From: Basidiobolus meristosporus CBS 931.73 | Lineage: Eukaryota > Fungi > Basidiobolomycota | NCBI GenBank assembly: GCA_002104905.1 | Contig: MCFE01000107.1 | Coordinates: 1-64,000, forward strand | Length of the DNA: 64,000 nt | Direction: 5' to 3' | Shown: positions 1 through 11,543 of the stretch, in pieces | Numbering within the stretch: position 1 is the first letter of the stretch | Layout: every line of letters begins with the position of its first letter | Made by a program: the position numbers and the translations under genes | The notes under the pieces: model-generated | What the model was told of the DNA's origin: nothing | Seen by the model: the letters and a program-made list of their open reading frames with translations, nothing else | The model's database searches: none

Positions 1-1400
1 CTGCAGAAAGGTGTTTGAGCTTCTGCTTGCTCAGGAGCTCTACTCTGACTCCCTCAAGTTTCATCCTGCACAGTTTGGCTTTGTTCCTGGCCTCTCATTG
101 GAATATGCAGTCATATCTAGCCAAGATCACTCTCTCCAGTGCAAGTATCCCTCTGTTCTATTTGATATTACTAAGGCCTTTGATTCAGTTGACAGAAATC
201 TGCTTTGGTCCAAGTTGCAATGCTTCTCCAGTACCTCTCTCACCCTCCTTGTCAGGTCTCTGTTTCTGGATCCACAAGCAAGAATTCTGCACCCAAGTGA
301 GCAATCAGCTGTGTTCTCAGTTCCTAATGGAGTGGTTCAAGGCTCTGTGCTTGGTCCTATACTGTTTGCCATCTTCCTGAATGATTTCCCAAGACTCTCA
401 GCTGACTGCCTGGTTACTCTCTTTGCTGATGACATCAGAATATCCTCCTCCAATGTGCAACAAGACTCCCAGACCATCCACCAGTATCTGCAGAAGAATA
501 ATCTCCAGCTTTCCATTGCAAAGCAGTACCTTTGGGCTCTCCCATCAACTTGGAGAACTCCACTCTACCTGCTCAGGTTTCTGCTACATATCTTGGCTTT
601 CCTTTCCTTCCTACTGGACTAGACTCTGGAGCACACCTGAAGAAGAGAATTATCCTGGCAAGACAGGCACTCCACAAGCTACTGGCTGTTACTCCTCCTA
701 CAACTTCAGCTCCCAGCTGCCTCCTTCTACTCAAGCAGTTTGTCTTCCCTGTCCTGGAATTTGGCTTACCACTTCTCTCTCTTACTTCTAGAGACTGCAC
801 TAAGCTTGACAAGTTTGCAGTATGGTGCATTACCTCCTTGGTGCCTCATTTGCCTGAATGCCCCATACAGACATGCTATTCTTGGTGCTTTTGGGTTTAT
901 GCCCTATAAGATCAGACTTCTCTACCTTAGAACCAGATTATACCTCAGACTTCACAACTGCAACAACCCACTGATTAAGGCCTGGAAGAGAACACACCAC
1001 ACCACACCTGGCTCCTGCTGGAGAACTATACTTGGAGATCCTGAAGTCAAGAAGTTTGCTCACTATATTCTGCAGTCAGAAAAACCCAAGCTGGCCTACC
1101 TGAAGTACTTGACAGACCTTTGGCAGCAATATCTGCAGCAGCACACTCCCTTTATGATGAATATCAATCCTTATCACATTCCCCTCATTAATGTTGTTCA
1201 CAAGTCATTCTTACCTCTCTTGCTACCCCCCTTCCCACTGAACAGTGTCTTGAGCACTGAAGAACTATCATCACTTCTTATTAACTTACCTACTAATTCC
1301 CCTCAGCTACACACTCTTGTATCAAAGCTACAACAGTAGCGCTGGCTTCTTTAGTTTCAACTGAAATAAAGATTTCACCTGTTGGTGACTGTCTCCCCCC
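1..1400 (+). mobile_element. Degenerate non-LTR retrotransposon (LINE): RT and C-terminal region; the 5' part lies outside the window
   Basis: ORF 11-622 has non-LTR RT motifs QFGF, FDITKAFDSVD, GVVQGSVLGPILF and LFADD. The frame continues through frameshifted ORFs 532-909 and 740-1339. A short 3' UTR ends AATAAAGATTTCACC-TGTT-GGTGACTGTCTCCCCCC followed by TAAG. Confidence 0.9.
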
Positions 1401-1439
1401 TAAGTGGCATACTTGATTCCTGTACATTGCAACCCATAT

Positions 1440-4336
1440 TTACTCCTCATCTGTCGTCTCATCACCTCCTCTTCATCTTTGTGCATCAGAAATCCACTGC
1501 CTTGCGCTTCATGTAATGCTCAAGTACCAATCATCTTGCTCTTGAAGTTGTAATGAAATTGGTACTTTGGATGCTTCATCTACCAACGTATGCGTAATCT
1601 GGCCAAATAAGCCAATCTTACAAGTTTGACTGTCAATTACACCCTGAGCTTCAATGGAATCTTGCATGACTAACTGGTAACTAGAAACATTATTTGGTTG
1701 ATTCACCCTCCAAACTCTGGCCTTTCGCTTGGATTTCTACATAGGGATTCCACCAATTGTCGGCAATGATCACCGCCAATGCCATCTGCAAATTTAATCC
1801 AAATGCGCCACATTTGATGTTGATCAGTAACACACAAATCTGTGCCCTCCGGAACTGGCAATGCAAATGTTTCTATACTGCTCTTTTCGTATCCAAACTG
1901 GGGTGGAACCGGTAATCTTCAGATGTTCAATGCTCTGCTCCCTCAAATGGTAAGCCACTATGTCAAGCATCAGATTAAACCCAGAAAAAATAATAACACA
2001 TGCGTGCTCCTTATTTTCTTGGATTTCAAGCAGGATTTCCATGATTTTCCAAGTTTTGCCACTATGCTCTGTTCACAGTGTTGTTGGTTACACCAGTGAG
2101 GAAATCTTGGATGAATACCCTGTTGGAGTCCTCTAATGCAAGCCCTCTTTGGGCAATTGTAGGGGCGTCTTTGGTGTGTATGGCAGTTGGTGCAGAAGTA
2201 GATGGAACGTTGGATGAGCTGTCAACCTCTTCGCTATTAATCTCTTGAAGCTGCTCCTCAACCTCAACCGCAACCGCCTCAAGATCCTCATCAATCTCAG
2301 GTAGAAAATCATCCTCACTCATCTCAACATCTTGGACAATGCTAGCATCAGCCGCTTTTTTCAGTCGATTCCTCTTCCTGCTCCAGGTATACATATATGG
2401 ATGGCATGAGTACAGACGCAGATAGGTATTTGCACCCATCCAACCAACTTCCTCTGGAAGACTTGACTGCAGTTGTTTGTACTCCTGCAGCTCCTCCGGC
2501 AAGAATTGGCACAAGACAATCTGCTCTTGAATACTAGGCATGGATACTGCGCGTTCTCCAAATATTTGCAACTCTGGAACGCGTCTCAATATTAATGGGC
2601 CAAGTCTTTCTACAACCCATTCAACTAGCCTGTTTGCATTGGCCTCCTCAAGTAGGAGTCAATGGAAATCCTTTGGAATGCCTTCCCATAGATTGAATAA
2701 TGTGAAATATGAATAAAGATCCATAATCTCATTTTGGAATGGGGTGGCAGTGACAAGTATCAAGGATTCTCCATCAATTTTACTCACTGGTTTAAGCTAC
2801 CGCCTTCGTAGTTCTTAAGTGTATCTGCCTCATCGGCCACTATTTGGCCAAATTTCACATTCCATATAGGCAAATCAGGGTTCCTTGCTTCAACACATAG
2901 TGTGTGGTAGGTGGTGAGCACAATCCTCTTAGGTCTCCATATCTGACTTCTTGATAGCTTGGAATTTTCCATGAAATACATGAAGCTCTTCATTGGATAT
3001 CCTTGTTTTTGTCTTTATCTCCATCACCCAATTGAGAAGTATTCCAAGCGTGACAACAATAAGATTTGGCCTTTGCTCAGGTGTCTCCAATATGAGACTT
3101 AATATCTGCAATGTCTTTCCAAGTCCCATGGAATCGGCAAGCAATGCTCCTTTATGGATGGCCTCTGTATACATCAGCCATTGTACGCCAAATGCTTGAT
3201 GGTTCTTAAGTGGGACAGTAAGACCATGGGCACTATGCCGCAAGATATTTTCAGTCTCAGCACTTCCTTTGCCTTCCCTCTCGTGCCGCTGAGAGATTGC
3301 TGCCAATTCATTAAGAATGCGCCCTAGTAGCTGCTTTGTACTCATTTCTTCCTGACTTGGATTGGGAGGGTAAATCCAGATCTGATTATCAACATCATAG
3401 GTGAATGTAACATTTGCATTGTTGATGTATTGGATTTGGTTGCCATACTCGTTTACCACAGCAATAAAGTTTTCTCCAAGCTCCTGTATTGCTGAGTGTA
3501 CATATTGTCTTTCCCAATCACCAGTTCGCAATTTTAAACAGTAGAACTTGTTTAAAAAACTCCCATTTGGTTGGGTATAAGGTGGTTCCAATGGTGTAGG
3601 ATAGCCGCCCAGCAAGAATAAGCAATCAAATGCGTACGTAAGAACTGCCCAACCTCTTGCTGAAGGCATATTTGCCGGATTATTCAAGAATGGCCTTGTC
3701 TCCAATACTCTGGAGCATCCATTGCCATCTTTGTACGTGATTACCTCCAGCTTGCTCAGTCTTCTATTGATTGTCTCCCCACTCTTGCTTTGTATCGCTT
3801 TTTTCCCCCGTTTTTTGGCACTTTCATGTTGCCCTGAGTATTCTCTACGGCTCAGCTCAAAACCACCATATATGTAGAGATTCTTGTGGTCACTAGCACA
3901 GCAGTTGCCAATTAAAATCACCCCTTTGGCTGCCTCTGTAGTTGATATGTTGTCTGGAGTTGGGAGAACTGTCACTGTGATGTCTTCATCACCGTGTAGA
4001 TCTGCAAGGTGAATCATTTGAACCTTTGAGCTGGGCTCATAGAGTATTCCACGGCCGGATGTTTCTTCAGCTCTACGCTCATCATAAGGCGGGGATATTT
4101 TGCTGTCTTGAAAGTGCTCAACAGAATACCCTCCATATAATAGCAAGTATCTCATAGACAGGGTAATGGTCATCAAGCAATAGCTGCGTTTTGTTACACC
4201 TGCCACCGTTGCCAGGTAAACGCCAAAATTTTTCCGAATGCTCCTTGTAACTGCTGGCTTCTAATGCCATTGGGATAGGGATACAACAACTGCTGCGTGA
4301 TTTATGTGACGGTGAATACTTGATAATACACCACAA
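1440..4336 (-). pseudogene. Kelch-repeat + SNF2-family (RAD5/RAD16-like) ATPase/helicase, disrupted (copy 1)
   Basis: Kelch-like segments LLLYGGY, LYIYGGF and LFLLGGY..FYCLKLRTGDWE. SNF2 motifs LKNHQAFGVQW, LLADSMGLGKTLQIL, VADEAD and helicase-C VIIFSGF..MLDIV. The gene is broken by stops and frameshifts across ORFs 2929-4206, 2784-2993, 2062-2589, 1824-2042 and 1509-1706. Confidence 0.85.
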
Positions 4337-4461
4337 CTTGAAAGCTCTTAAGTACTACATACTTTACATATATTAGTCTGTAAATTGTCAATCTTATCAG
4401 TTCAACTTATTACTTGTCAATTCATTGATTTGGGATGGTGGAAATTCTTTATTTACTCAAG

Positions 4462-5248
4462 TTAGCCAGAGGATGGTGGTGGTGATGGGGGCACAGATAG
4501 TGATGATGGGGGAAGTGATAGCAATGAATCAACCTGTGGTATTTTTAAGATGACAATATGACTTGGTCTCTCCGCCTCCATTACAGTTTCTGGTTGGCCT
4601 ATAGTATCCCCACTCTGCTTCTCCACGTCTTCTTTGCACACTTCCATATCAACCTGCTGTGGGGGCCATTCTCATTGTTGTGGAGGATTCTGCTCTTGTC
4701 TCTTGGCTTGTGGTAGGTTCAAGGGAGGAAGTAGTATCCCCTCCAATACTGTTGCTCGCAAGTACACCTGGGTTGGAAGATGCACCCTGCTCATTGCTTG
4801 CCCTGATGCAGGCAAACTTTTCCACCATTTGTGCCACTAATGCCTCAGTAGAATGGTGGAAACTGAAATCAATCTGGGCTTGAAGTCCAGCAATATCCCG
4901 ATTTAGCTTTACAATATCACCCCTCCTCTGTTTAATCTCCTGGCACATACGTCGCAATATCTCATGGTGCAATGTTGTCCTATATTCCGGAAGCTCTTGT
5001 CAAACCTCTGACAATGCTTGGGAAACTTGGTTGACCGGCCGCCTGGTAGTGACTACAGCAACTTGCTCAGCATCATCCACGTTTGCTGCAACACCTCCTT
5101 CACGCTCCTCTTGGATTTGGCCACTTCCTTGCCCTCTTCCTCTTCCGCGCCCGGTTCCGCGTCCTCTTCCACGTCCTTGTCCCCTTCCTTGCTCTCTTTG
5201 TACTCTACCTTCACTCCTGGCATCTACCCGGCTACTGCCTGCTTCCAT
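4462..5248 (-). pseudogene. Unit ORF-B (copy 1): GR-repeat, coiled-coil-like segment and Ser/Pro-rich tail, frameshifted
   Basis: ORFs 5000-5248, 4649-4972 and 4462-4647 join into one reading that matches copy 2 (14561-15347). AT-rich spacers flank it on both sides. Confidence 0.55.
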
Positions 5249-5480
5249 GCTTCTTGTTTTTTATGAAGGATTATGTCTACTTTCTCCACTTTTATACTCA
5301 TTTGGATGATGTCGGTGGCCCATTCATCATATCTTTCCTTTGAGGTTACTGAGCTTCTTGCTCCTACGTAACATCCATCTAGCCAGTATTTGAATCATTT
5401 GATGTACACATAAGTTAACTTTATTCTGTTCTTATTAACACCCTTTTATTTTATTAAAATGCAAAACTACATTGGCAAAA

Positions 5481-5942
5481 TTATTTGGTTTCTGTAATTG
5501 TCAATTCTTGTTCCGTCTCTTGGCTGTGCGACTGTTTCTCTACCTGATCTAAGAAGTGATGCAATTGACTATCACTTAATTTATCAGTCTCTGCCTGATT
5601 CTCCTTCATACGCTTATAATCCAAATAAGCCACTTGGAGTACTTTATAGTGAGGCAAAGAAGAACTAAGCTGAAGTTTGTTTTGGAACTGCTCAATCGCA
5701 TTGGTTTGTTTTCTCCTCAGGACAACTGAGTCATCTGCCAATTTTTTCCAAGTTTTCTCCAGGTATTTGGGACTTCCAAAGGTACCACTACCAGAACTGG
5801 TAATTGTACTGCTCTTCTCGCCGCAATCTTTGTCTATAATAGACTCTTGGTCTTCCTTTGGAGCGCGAGGACTGCTATGGTAGAGGCAGCTTCCTCTTTT
5901 GGTCTTGATCCCCAAGTAGCGGTCCTTAAGCTTTCCCCTCAT
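5481..5942 (-). CDS. Unit ORF-A (copy 1), hypothetical protein of 153 aa
   Basis: Open 153-aa frame, conserved with one frameshift in copy 2 (15581-16043). No recognisable domain. Confidence 0.45.
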   Translation of the reverse strand: MRGKLKDRYLGIKTKRGSCLYHSSPRAPKEDQESIIDKDCGEKSSTITSSGSGTFGSPKYLEKTWKKLADDSVVLRRKQTNAIEQFQNKLQLSSSLPHYKVLQVAYLDYKRMKENQAETDKLSDSQLHHFLDQVEKQSHSQETEQELTITETK

Positions 5943-6401
5943 GACTTGTTTATTGTCCGTGTTGGTACTCTACTTGGTGGAGTGTCAGTGAGTGCTGTTT
6001 AACTACTAGTTGTTCTCTTCTGTCCTGTAGATTTATATTACTTTCATATACACTTACTTCATCACATTTCACTTTTGCCTCTCTTGTGACTGTACTCTGG
6101 TTTCATTCCTCAACAGCTAGACAAAACCAAGGCCACCGCATATTGGGTGCAGTGGTTTAGTGATCAAAGAGCAAGCTATTGATGCTAATATTGATTTTGA
6201 GCATATTGTCTAGGAATATCTTGGAACCAACTAGAGTAAATAGCTACTCAATAATTCACATAGTACCACTATTTGCACATCAATACTTGCTAACAACAAA
6301 GCAATGCTTTTCTATGATGTTCCATTCCCACACGGCTGTTTGTTGATAGTCCGTACAATACACAAGTGAGCGTTTAAAGTAAGCATCCACACTACTTTCT
6401 G

Positions 6402-6958
6402 GGGGTATGGTTACCGCGCACTATAAAAGTGTGTTAGGGACTCATGTAAAACTATCATGATGAAAAATAAAAGCACTTTAATACCGCGTGGCTGATGATT
6501 GATGACTCCCGCTAGACACAAGTAAATGTAGCAAGTGGGTATCCTTAAAACCTGTTGGGGTATGGTTACCACGCACTATGAAAGTGTGTTAAGGACTCAT
6601 GTAAAACTATCATGATGAAAAATAAAAGCACTTTATTACCGCGCGGCTGATGATTGATGACTCCCGCTAGACACAAGTAAATGTAGCAAGTGGGTATCCT
6701 TAAAACCTGTTGGGGTATGGTTACCGCGCACTATGAAAGTGCGTTAGGGATTCATACAAAACTAGCATGATGAAAAATAAAAGCATTTCAGTATTGCGCG
6801 GCTGATGATTGATGGCTCCCACTAGACACAAGTAGACGTAGCTAGTGGACATCCTTAAAACCTGTTGGGGTATGGCTACTGCGTACTTTCAAAGTGCGTT
6901 AGGAACTCATGTAAAACTATCATGATGAAAAATAAAAGCACTTTTGTACCACGTGGCT
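6402..6958. repeat. 155-bp tandem repeat array, ~3.6 units
   Basis: GGGGTATGG starts at 6402, 6557, 6712 and 6867 (period 155). Confidence 0.95.
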
Positions 6959-7367
6959 AAGTTTTACAATTCCCGCGGGATACATGTGCGCATAGAACAT
7001 AAGTAGTAGTTGCAATGGTGTCAAATAAAGTTTCTATTATAGCCATAATATATATTGAACTTTGGGATACACTGTATATTTGGTAAAAGCAATTGGGTTA
7101 CAGAAAATTTGTATTGGCCATGAATTTTTTTATCATATTAGGGCCGTGCAATTTATGGTGCCCAAAGCTTATCAAAATATGGGATTGTGGTCAGATTGGG
7201 ATGAATCCCATTAATTATTAGATATACATTAAAAATAAGAATTTATTAATTAAATAGTCATCAAGACTTATACAGAGCATATGGACAGTATAGGGAGACA
7301 AATATTGGCCCAGACATGCCCACTATATGAGCAGACAATGTGCCAATTGTAGGGTAAAAATATTTAT

Positions 7368-7590
7368 GGTTAGGGTGATAAGGGTTAGGAGGAGGAATTC
7401 TAACCCTAAGGGACCAGAACCAAGAATGAGAGAAAAGTAATCCAAAGGGAATTTAAAGAGTATGGGAGCAGTATGGGGGATTGCATCCCCCAAACCCCCT
7501 GCTTTTTTATTCTCTAGGGGACTGCGTCCCCCAGACCCCCTGCTCTTCTAACCTTTTCCTAGCCCTTACTATAACACCTACACCCTAACC
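7368..7590. other. Structured right terminus of unit copy 1: GC hairpins, a 10-bp inverted repeat and a telomere-like end
   Basis: GGTTAGGGTG (7368-7377) is the reverse complement of the terminal CACCCTAACC (7581-7590). Hairpins GGGGGA-TTGCA-TCCCCC (7475-7491) and GGGGAC-TGC-GTCCCC (7517-7531) are each followed by A(A/G)ACCCCCTGCT. The same structure is present in copy 2. Confidence 0.7.
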
Positions 7591-10500
7591 CACTAAAGCT
7601 TTCTGCAAAGTCATCAATAGACGGAGGTACTGCGGCATCTCTGATAGTGACAGCATTTGCAGGTTGCATGTCTTGAATGAATTGGAGCTTCCCATTCTTC
7701 TTTTTGGTCACAAACCATCTGTTAGCATAAGGTCCATGGCAAGGTTCTAGGATACCAGCTTCAATCTTCTTCTTAAGTAGGTCATGCACATCAGCTTGGA
7801 GTCCTCTAGGTAGTGGGTAAGGCTTAAATGACCAGGGTGTGTGGGGCACTGTATGAATCTTGATAGGTTTTTCAACCAATGTCTTTAAGAGTCCCATCTC
7901 CTTGTCATTATATGAGAAAACCTTATCATGCCTTATCAGGGTTTCTTCAAATAGTAAGATCTCCTCCGGTGTTAGGTCTCCATCACCAATGATCAGTTGC
8001 TTAAGTCTCTGAGGTGTAAGTTGTATATCTTCTTGTGTTCCTTCTGGTGGTCTGATGTAGTCAGCAGGTTGAGATCCATCAGTTAAAGGTGTAAGTGATG
8101 GTCTAATCTTCTGTTCTACTGTCTTGTATTTTGTGCAAACCATAGCTGTCTGCTCCTGTATACCTAATGAGCAGCTCCAACTGTTGGGGTGTATATTGTC
8201 AGGCTCCTCATCTTCTTCTATAAAAAGTTGTGTCTTCTGGCAGGCGGTATGTGTCCTCTTATTGTTGGGTGTTACCCCACAGAATGTTGACTGTAGTCCT
8301 GGGTTGGATCCTTGTATATTGTACCACACTGACCCATCAGAATAGTTGGTAGTTGTAGCCTTAGTACTGGTCTCCCATGGTCTGCCTAACAGAAGGTCAA
8401 AGTTTGCCTTCTGGCAGATAAAGAGGGGAAGCCAGACCTTGATTCCTTGTACCTCAATAGGGAACTTGTGCACTACACCATAGAGTGGACTAGATCCTGA
8501 GTTTGCATCAGTCATGTTCCATCCAATATCTCTATCAACAGGCAGTAGCTCCTTGCTTCTAAGCATCTTCCAGAAGTCTAGCGGCATAACACAAATCTCC
8601 AAACCACTGTCAATATGGCAGTCAACAGGGTCATCATAAATATACCCTTTTACCACAGCAGTTGCAACTGAGTAAAAGGTCTTATATTTGGTAGCGTTGT
8701 CATCCTTTTTGTGGTCTTCATGGTTTGTCTGGATTATATGGGTGCCCATATGTTCAACAGCTTGTCTTCTTGTTCTAAGCTTCTCATCAAAGGTCTTCCT
8801 AACAGATTGTGATACACTCATGATTTCTCCAACTGACAGAGTGAGGTTCTGCTTCAAGAGTTTCTCAGTAATCAATTGGGGGCTTGAGTAGCTTGCTATC
8901 TTTGAGGTCATCTGAAAGTGGGGTAATGGGTCTTGGGTAGGCAGTGTTCCAGGCCTCTTGTCAATAATAACCTCAGGCTCTTCAAATTGTGGTCTTCTAA
9001 GGATGGGTTTGACAGGTTCTTCAGGAAGGTGTCTCTTAGTAGCAAAGGTGTCTACTTTGTATTTTCTGTTGTCAGGGCTGTTTGGACTCACTTTATGAGT
9101 CTCAATAGGGGCATCAACAGTAATCTTTCTAGTTGCTGAGTCAGACTTCTGGAAAAGGGCTCTCATTCCGCCTCTCCGGAAATTAGTGGGAATCCTTTTT
9201 CCTTCCTTATCAGCAAGCATTCCATCAGCATCAAACTGTACTGTTCCTTCTCTAAGTAGCTGGCTAAGCTCTGAGCATTCACGTCTGGCATGCTGGGTAG
9301 AGTCACACCAAATGCAGTGTCTAGGCAGAGCTCTTTGGCCCTCAGTAGGTACCTTGGCTGAGCCATTAATCTTGAGGGCTAGCTTTTGTAGCTGTTCAGC
9401 AAGTTGGTCAATTCTGTTGGTAGTGTAGGTCTGATTGTCAGCAACAGCACTCTTTGGCTCCTTAGTTGGCTGGTCTGGCAGATTAGATGTCAGTAGTCTC
9501 ATAAAGGTAGAAGTTTGCTTTGCCTCTAGGAGTACACGTTTCATCTCTGCAAAGCAAGGAATGCCAGACTTGTCATCCTTGGCTGCATGTAGGTCAACTT
9601 TCCTTGCCAATTCCTGGGGAAGCCCTTGTGCAAGGTAAAGTGTCATGGTAAACTCAGTTATTGCCTGGGACTCTAGGAGTGGCTTGGCCATATCTTCATA
9701 TTGTTGAATGAACTCTTCAAGTGGTAACTTGGAGAGTCCCATCCTTCCAAAGTGTCTGAGGTCCTCAATTCCATAGTATATCTGGGGTCTGCCATACTCG
9801 GTCTGTAGGTAGGTCTTCATTAAGGTCCAGTCAGTCAGAGTGTCTCCTTGTCTGAGAAGCTTAGTAGTAATATCATCAGTGCAGTAGTAGGGGAAGTCTT
9901 CAGCCATTTCTTGTTCAGATAGGCTGCACATCTTGCAGAGCTTCTCCCATTTGTATATGAAGCTCTCCACATTCTTTCCATCAAACTGTGGGGCTCCATG
10001 TGAGAGTGGTAATGGCATAGAGTTCATTTTGGGTGGGTAGGTTGGTGTTGTAGTCTTGATAATATTGGTAGTCTTGCTTCAATAAATGGGTAACAGCTCA
10101 AATCTTCAGGTAAATCTTGTTGGGTCCTAGGGAGCTTGTATGAACCCCCCACGTTGGGTGCCAAATATGTGGTGGTGTATAAGTCCAGAGGGCAAAATAC
10201 GGCCAACACTTCTCAAGTGTGAATGTGTGTGGGGTGTTCACTGGGTGCGATAACCTCTGGCAAAAGCTTGCTAGGAATACTGGATCTTTTGTCTAATCTA
10301 ATGTGATGGGGGATAAAGCCTCAAGCTTGTCAAGGGAAAACTATTGAACTACAATCCCCAACTTAGTTGGTGTCTTAACAAAAGTTTATAATGGCTTCGA
10401 CGTCCTTTGAGATGACAATGTACTAAAGCTTCCAAAGTCAAAACAACTGTAAACTCCACCAACAGGGACTTGATAAGAATGCAGCTTTGACCAATAGTTA

Positions 10501-11089
10501 CAAAGACTGAAAAGTATCTTTGCCTGTACAAGAACAAACTTGGGAAAACAAACAAATATAATAAAATATACCTACTCTGAGTATTCCTCACAAGTAGTGC
10601 CTCCAAGGTCAGTTGGCTGTCAGCGTGGTTTCCTGGGAGTGTTGTCAGGTCTGAGTCAGAAAATAGTGGTAATAGGTAGCGGTGATCTCACTAATCAATA
10701 AGTCGGAATACTGGAAGAGGGATGATTTATTTTAAGGGATAGCCTCCCTTATATACTTTTTTTTACTGCTCAAATTCTTGCTAGAAAACACTTTCCGGAA
10801 GTTTCCAGAAGGTAGTAGACAACCAATCATGTCTTTGTGTACTAAAAATAGCGCAAATTCTTGGTGGATTGTTCCATGAGACATAGTAGCACCTAGCCAA
10901 TCAGGTAGTGGTAGTATGAAACCTCTGTGTCATGTGGTTGCCTCTTATGGTAGTGATATGGGGGGTTATGAAACCAAGATGGTCACGTGACATGGGCACT
11001 GTTGGGGTACTTGCCTTATAAGGTAACTATCTTATCTTGGCATCTTGGCAAGGAATAAGAATAGCTTGTGCAATGGGTTAATAGTGACA
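7591..11089 (-). mobile_element. Ty3/Gypsy LTR retrotransposon, 5' half (LTR, gag, protease, start of RT), truncated within RT
   Basis: ORF from 10027 has gag, a CCHC knuckle CIWCDSTQHARREC, protease IDSG and the RT start PYPLP..GILEP..PYANRWFVTKKKNG. The sequence stops abruptly at 7591, where unit copy 1 ends. Confidence 0.88.
10643..11089 (-). repeat. Putative 5' LTR of the minus-strand Gypsy element (447 bp)
   Basis: TGTCA...TGACA inverted termini, a TATA-like AGTATATAAGG on the minus strand (~10745-10757), and a position upstream of gag. No partner LTR or TSD is visible in the window. Confidence 0.6.
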
Positions 11090-11543
11090 AATAGTTTGTC
11101 AGGTTGCATAGTAATAATCACATAGACAAAAATAGGAAATATTGCAAATTTGGGATGATAATAATATAGGCGGGGTAATCCTTTTTAGGGAAGTGAACGC
11201 ATAAGAATGAGCACATCTGCCTGTGGGTGTCACTGTGACCCCGCTACACTGCGCGGCACCAAACCTATGATTATTCTCATCACTATATTCTAGCATCGCA
11301 CTTTCATTTGTGCCGGATGAATCCCCAACACCACCGCGCGGCACCAAATGCATGTTTATCTTCATCACCATAAAACTCTTGCACCCTTTTTTATTTAGAC
11401 TGTACCACTCTGACTTTTCTCTCTCCCTCTCCCTCTCCCACCCTTCTTGTGCAAAAAGATTAGTCTCATTGTTTATTTACCAATAGTAGCTACTACTACC
11501 TTGAGTCTGGCATACTTGATTCCTGGTACATTGCAACCCCTAT

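Larger units (their letters stand above)
1405..7590. repeat. Copy 1 of a ~6.2 kb duplicated unit (Kelch-SNF2 gene, two ORFs, 155-bp tandem array, structured right end)
   Basis: Colinear and near-identical with 11508-17846, from TGGCATACTTGATTCCT to ...CACCTACACCCTAACC. The length difference is about one 155-bp repeat unit. Confidence 0.93.

Noticed and set aside
6490-6640. CTGATGA in each repeat as a hammerhead ribozyme core
   Set aside because: I could not find a stem II closed by GAAA at the required position; an Infernal search would be needed to revive this.
6402-6958. 155-bp repeats as a CRISPR array
   Set aside because: The whole unit repeats with no unique spacers, there are no cas genes, and the context is eukaryotic.
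7559-7590. C-terminus GLGCRCYSKG of the 822-aa Gypsy ORF
   Set aside because: It is read-through across the truncation junction into the unit terminus, not native RT sequence.
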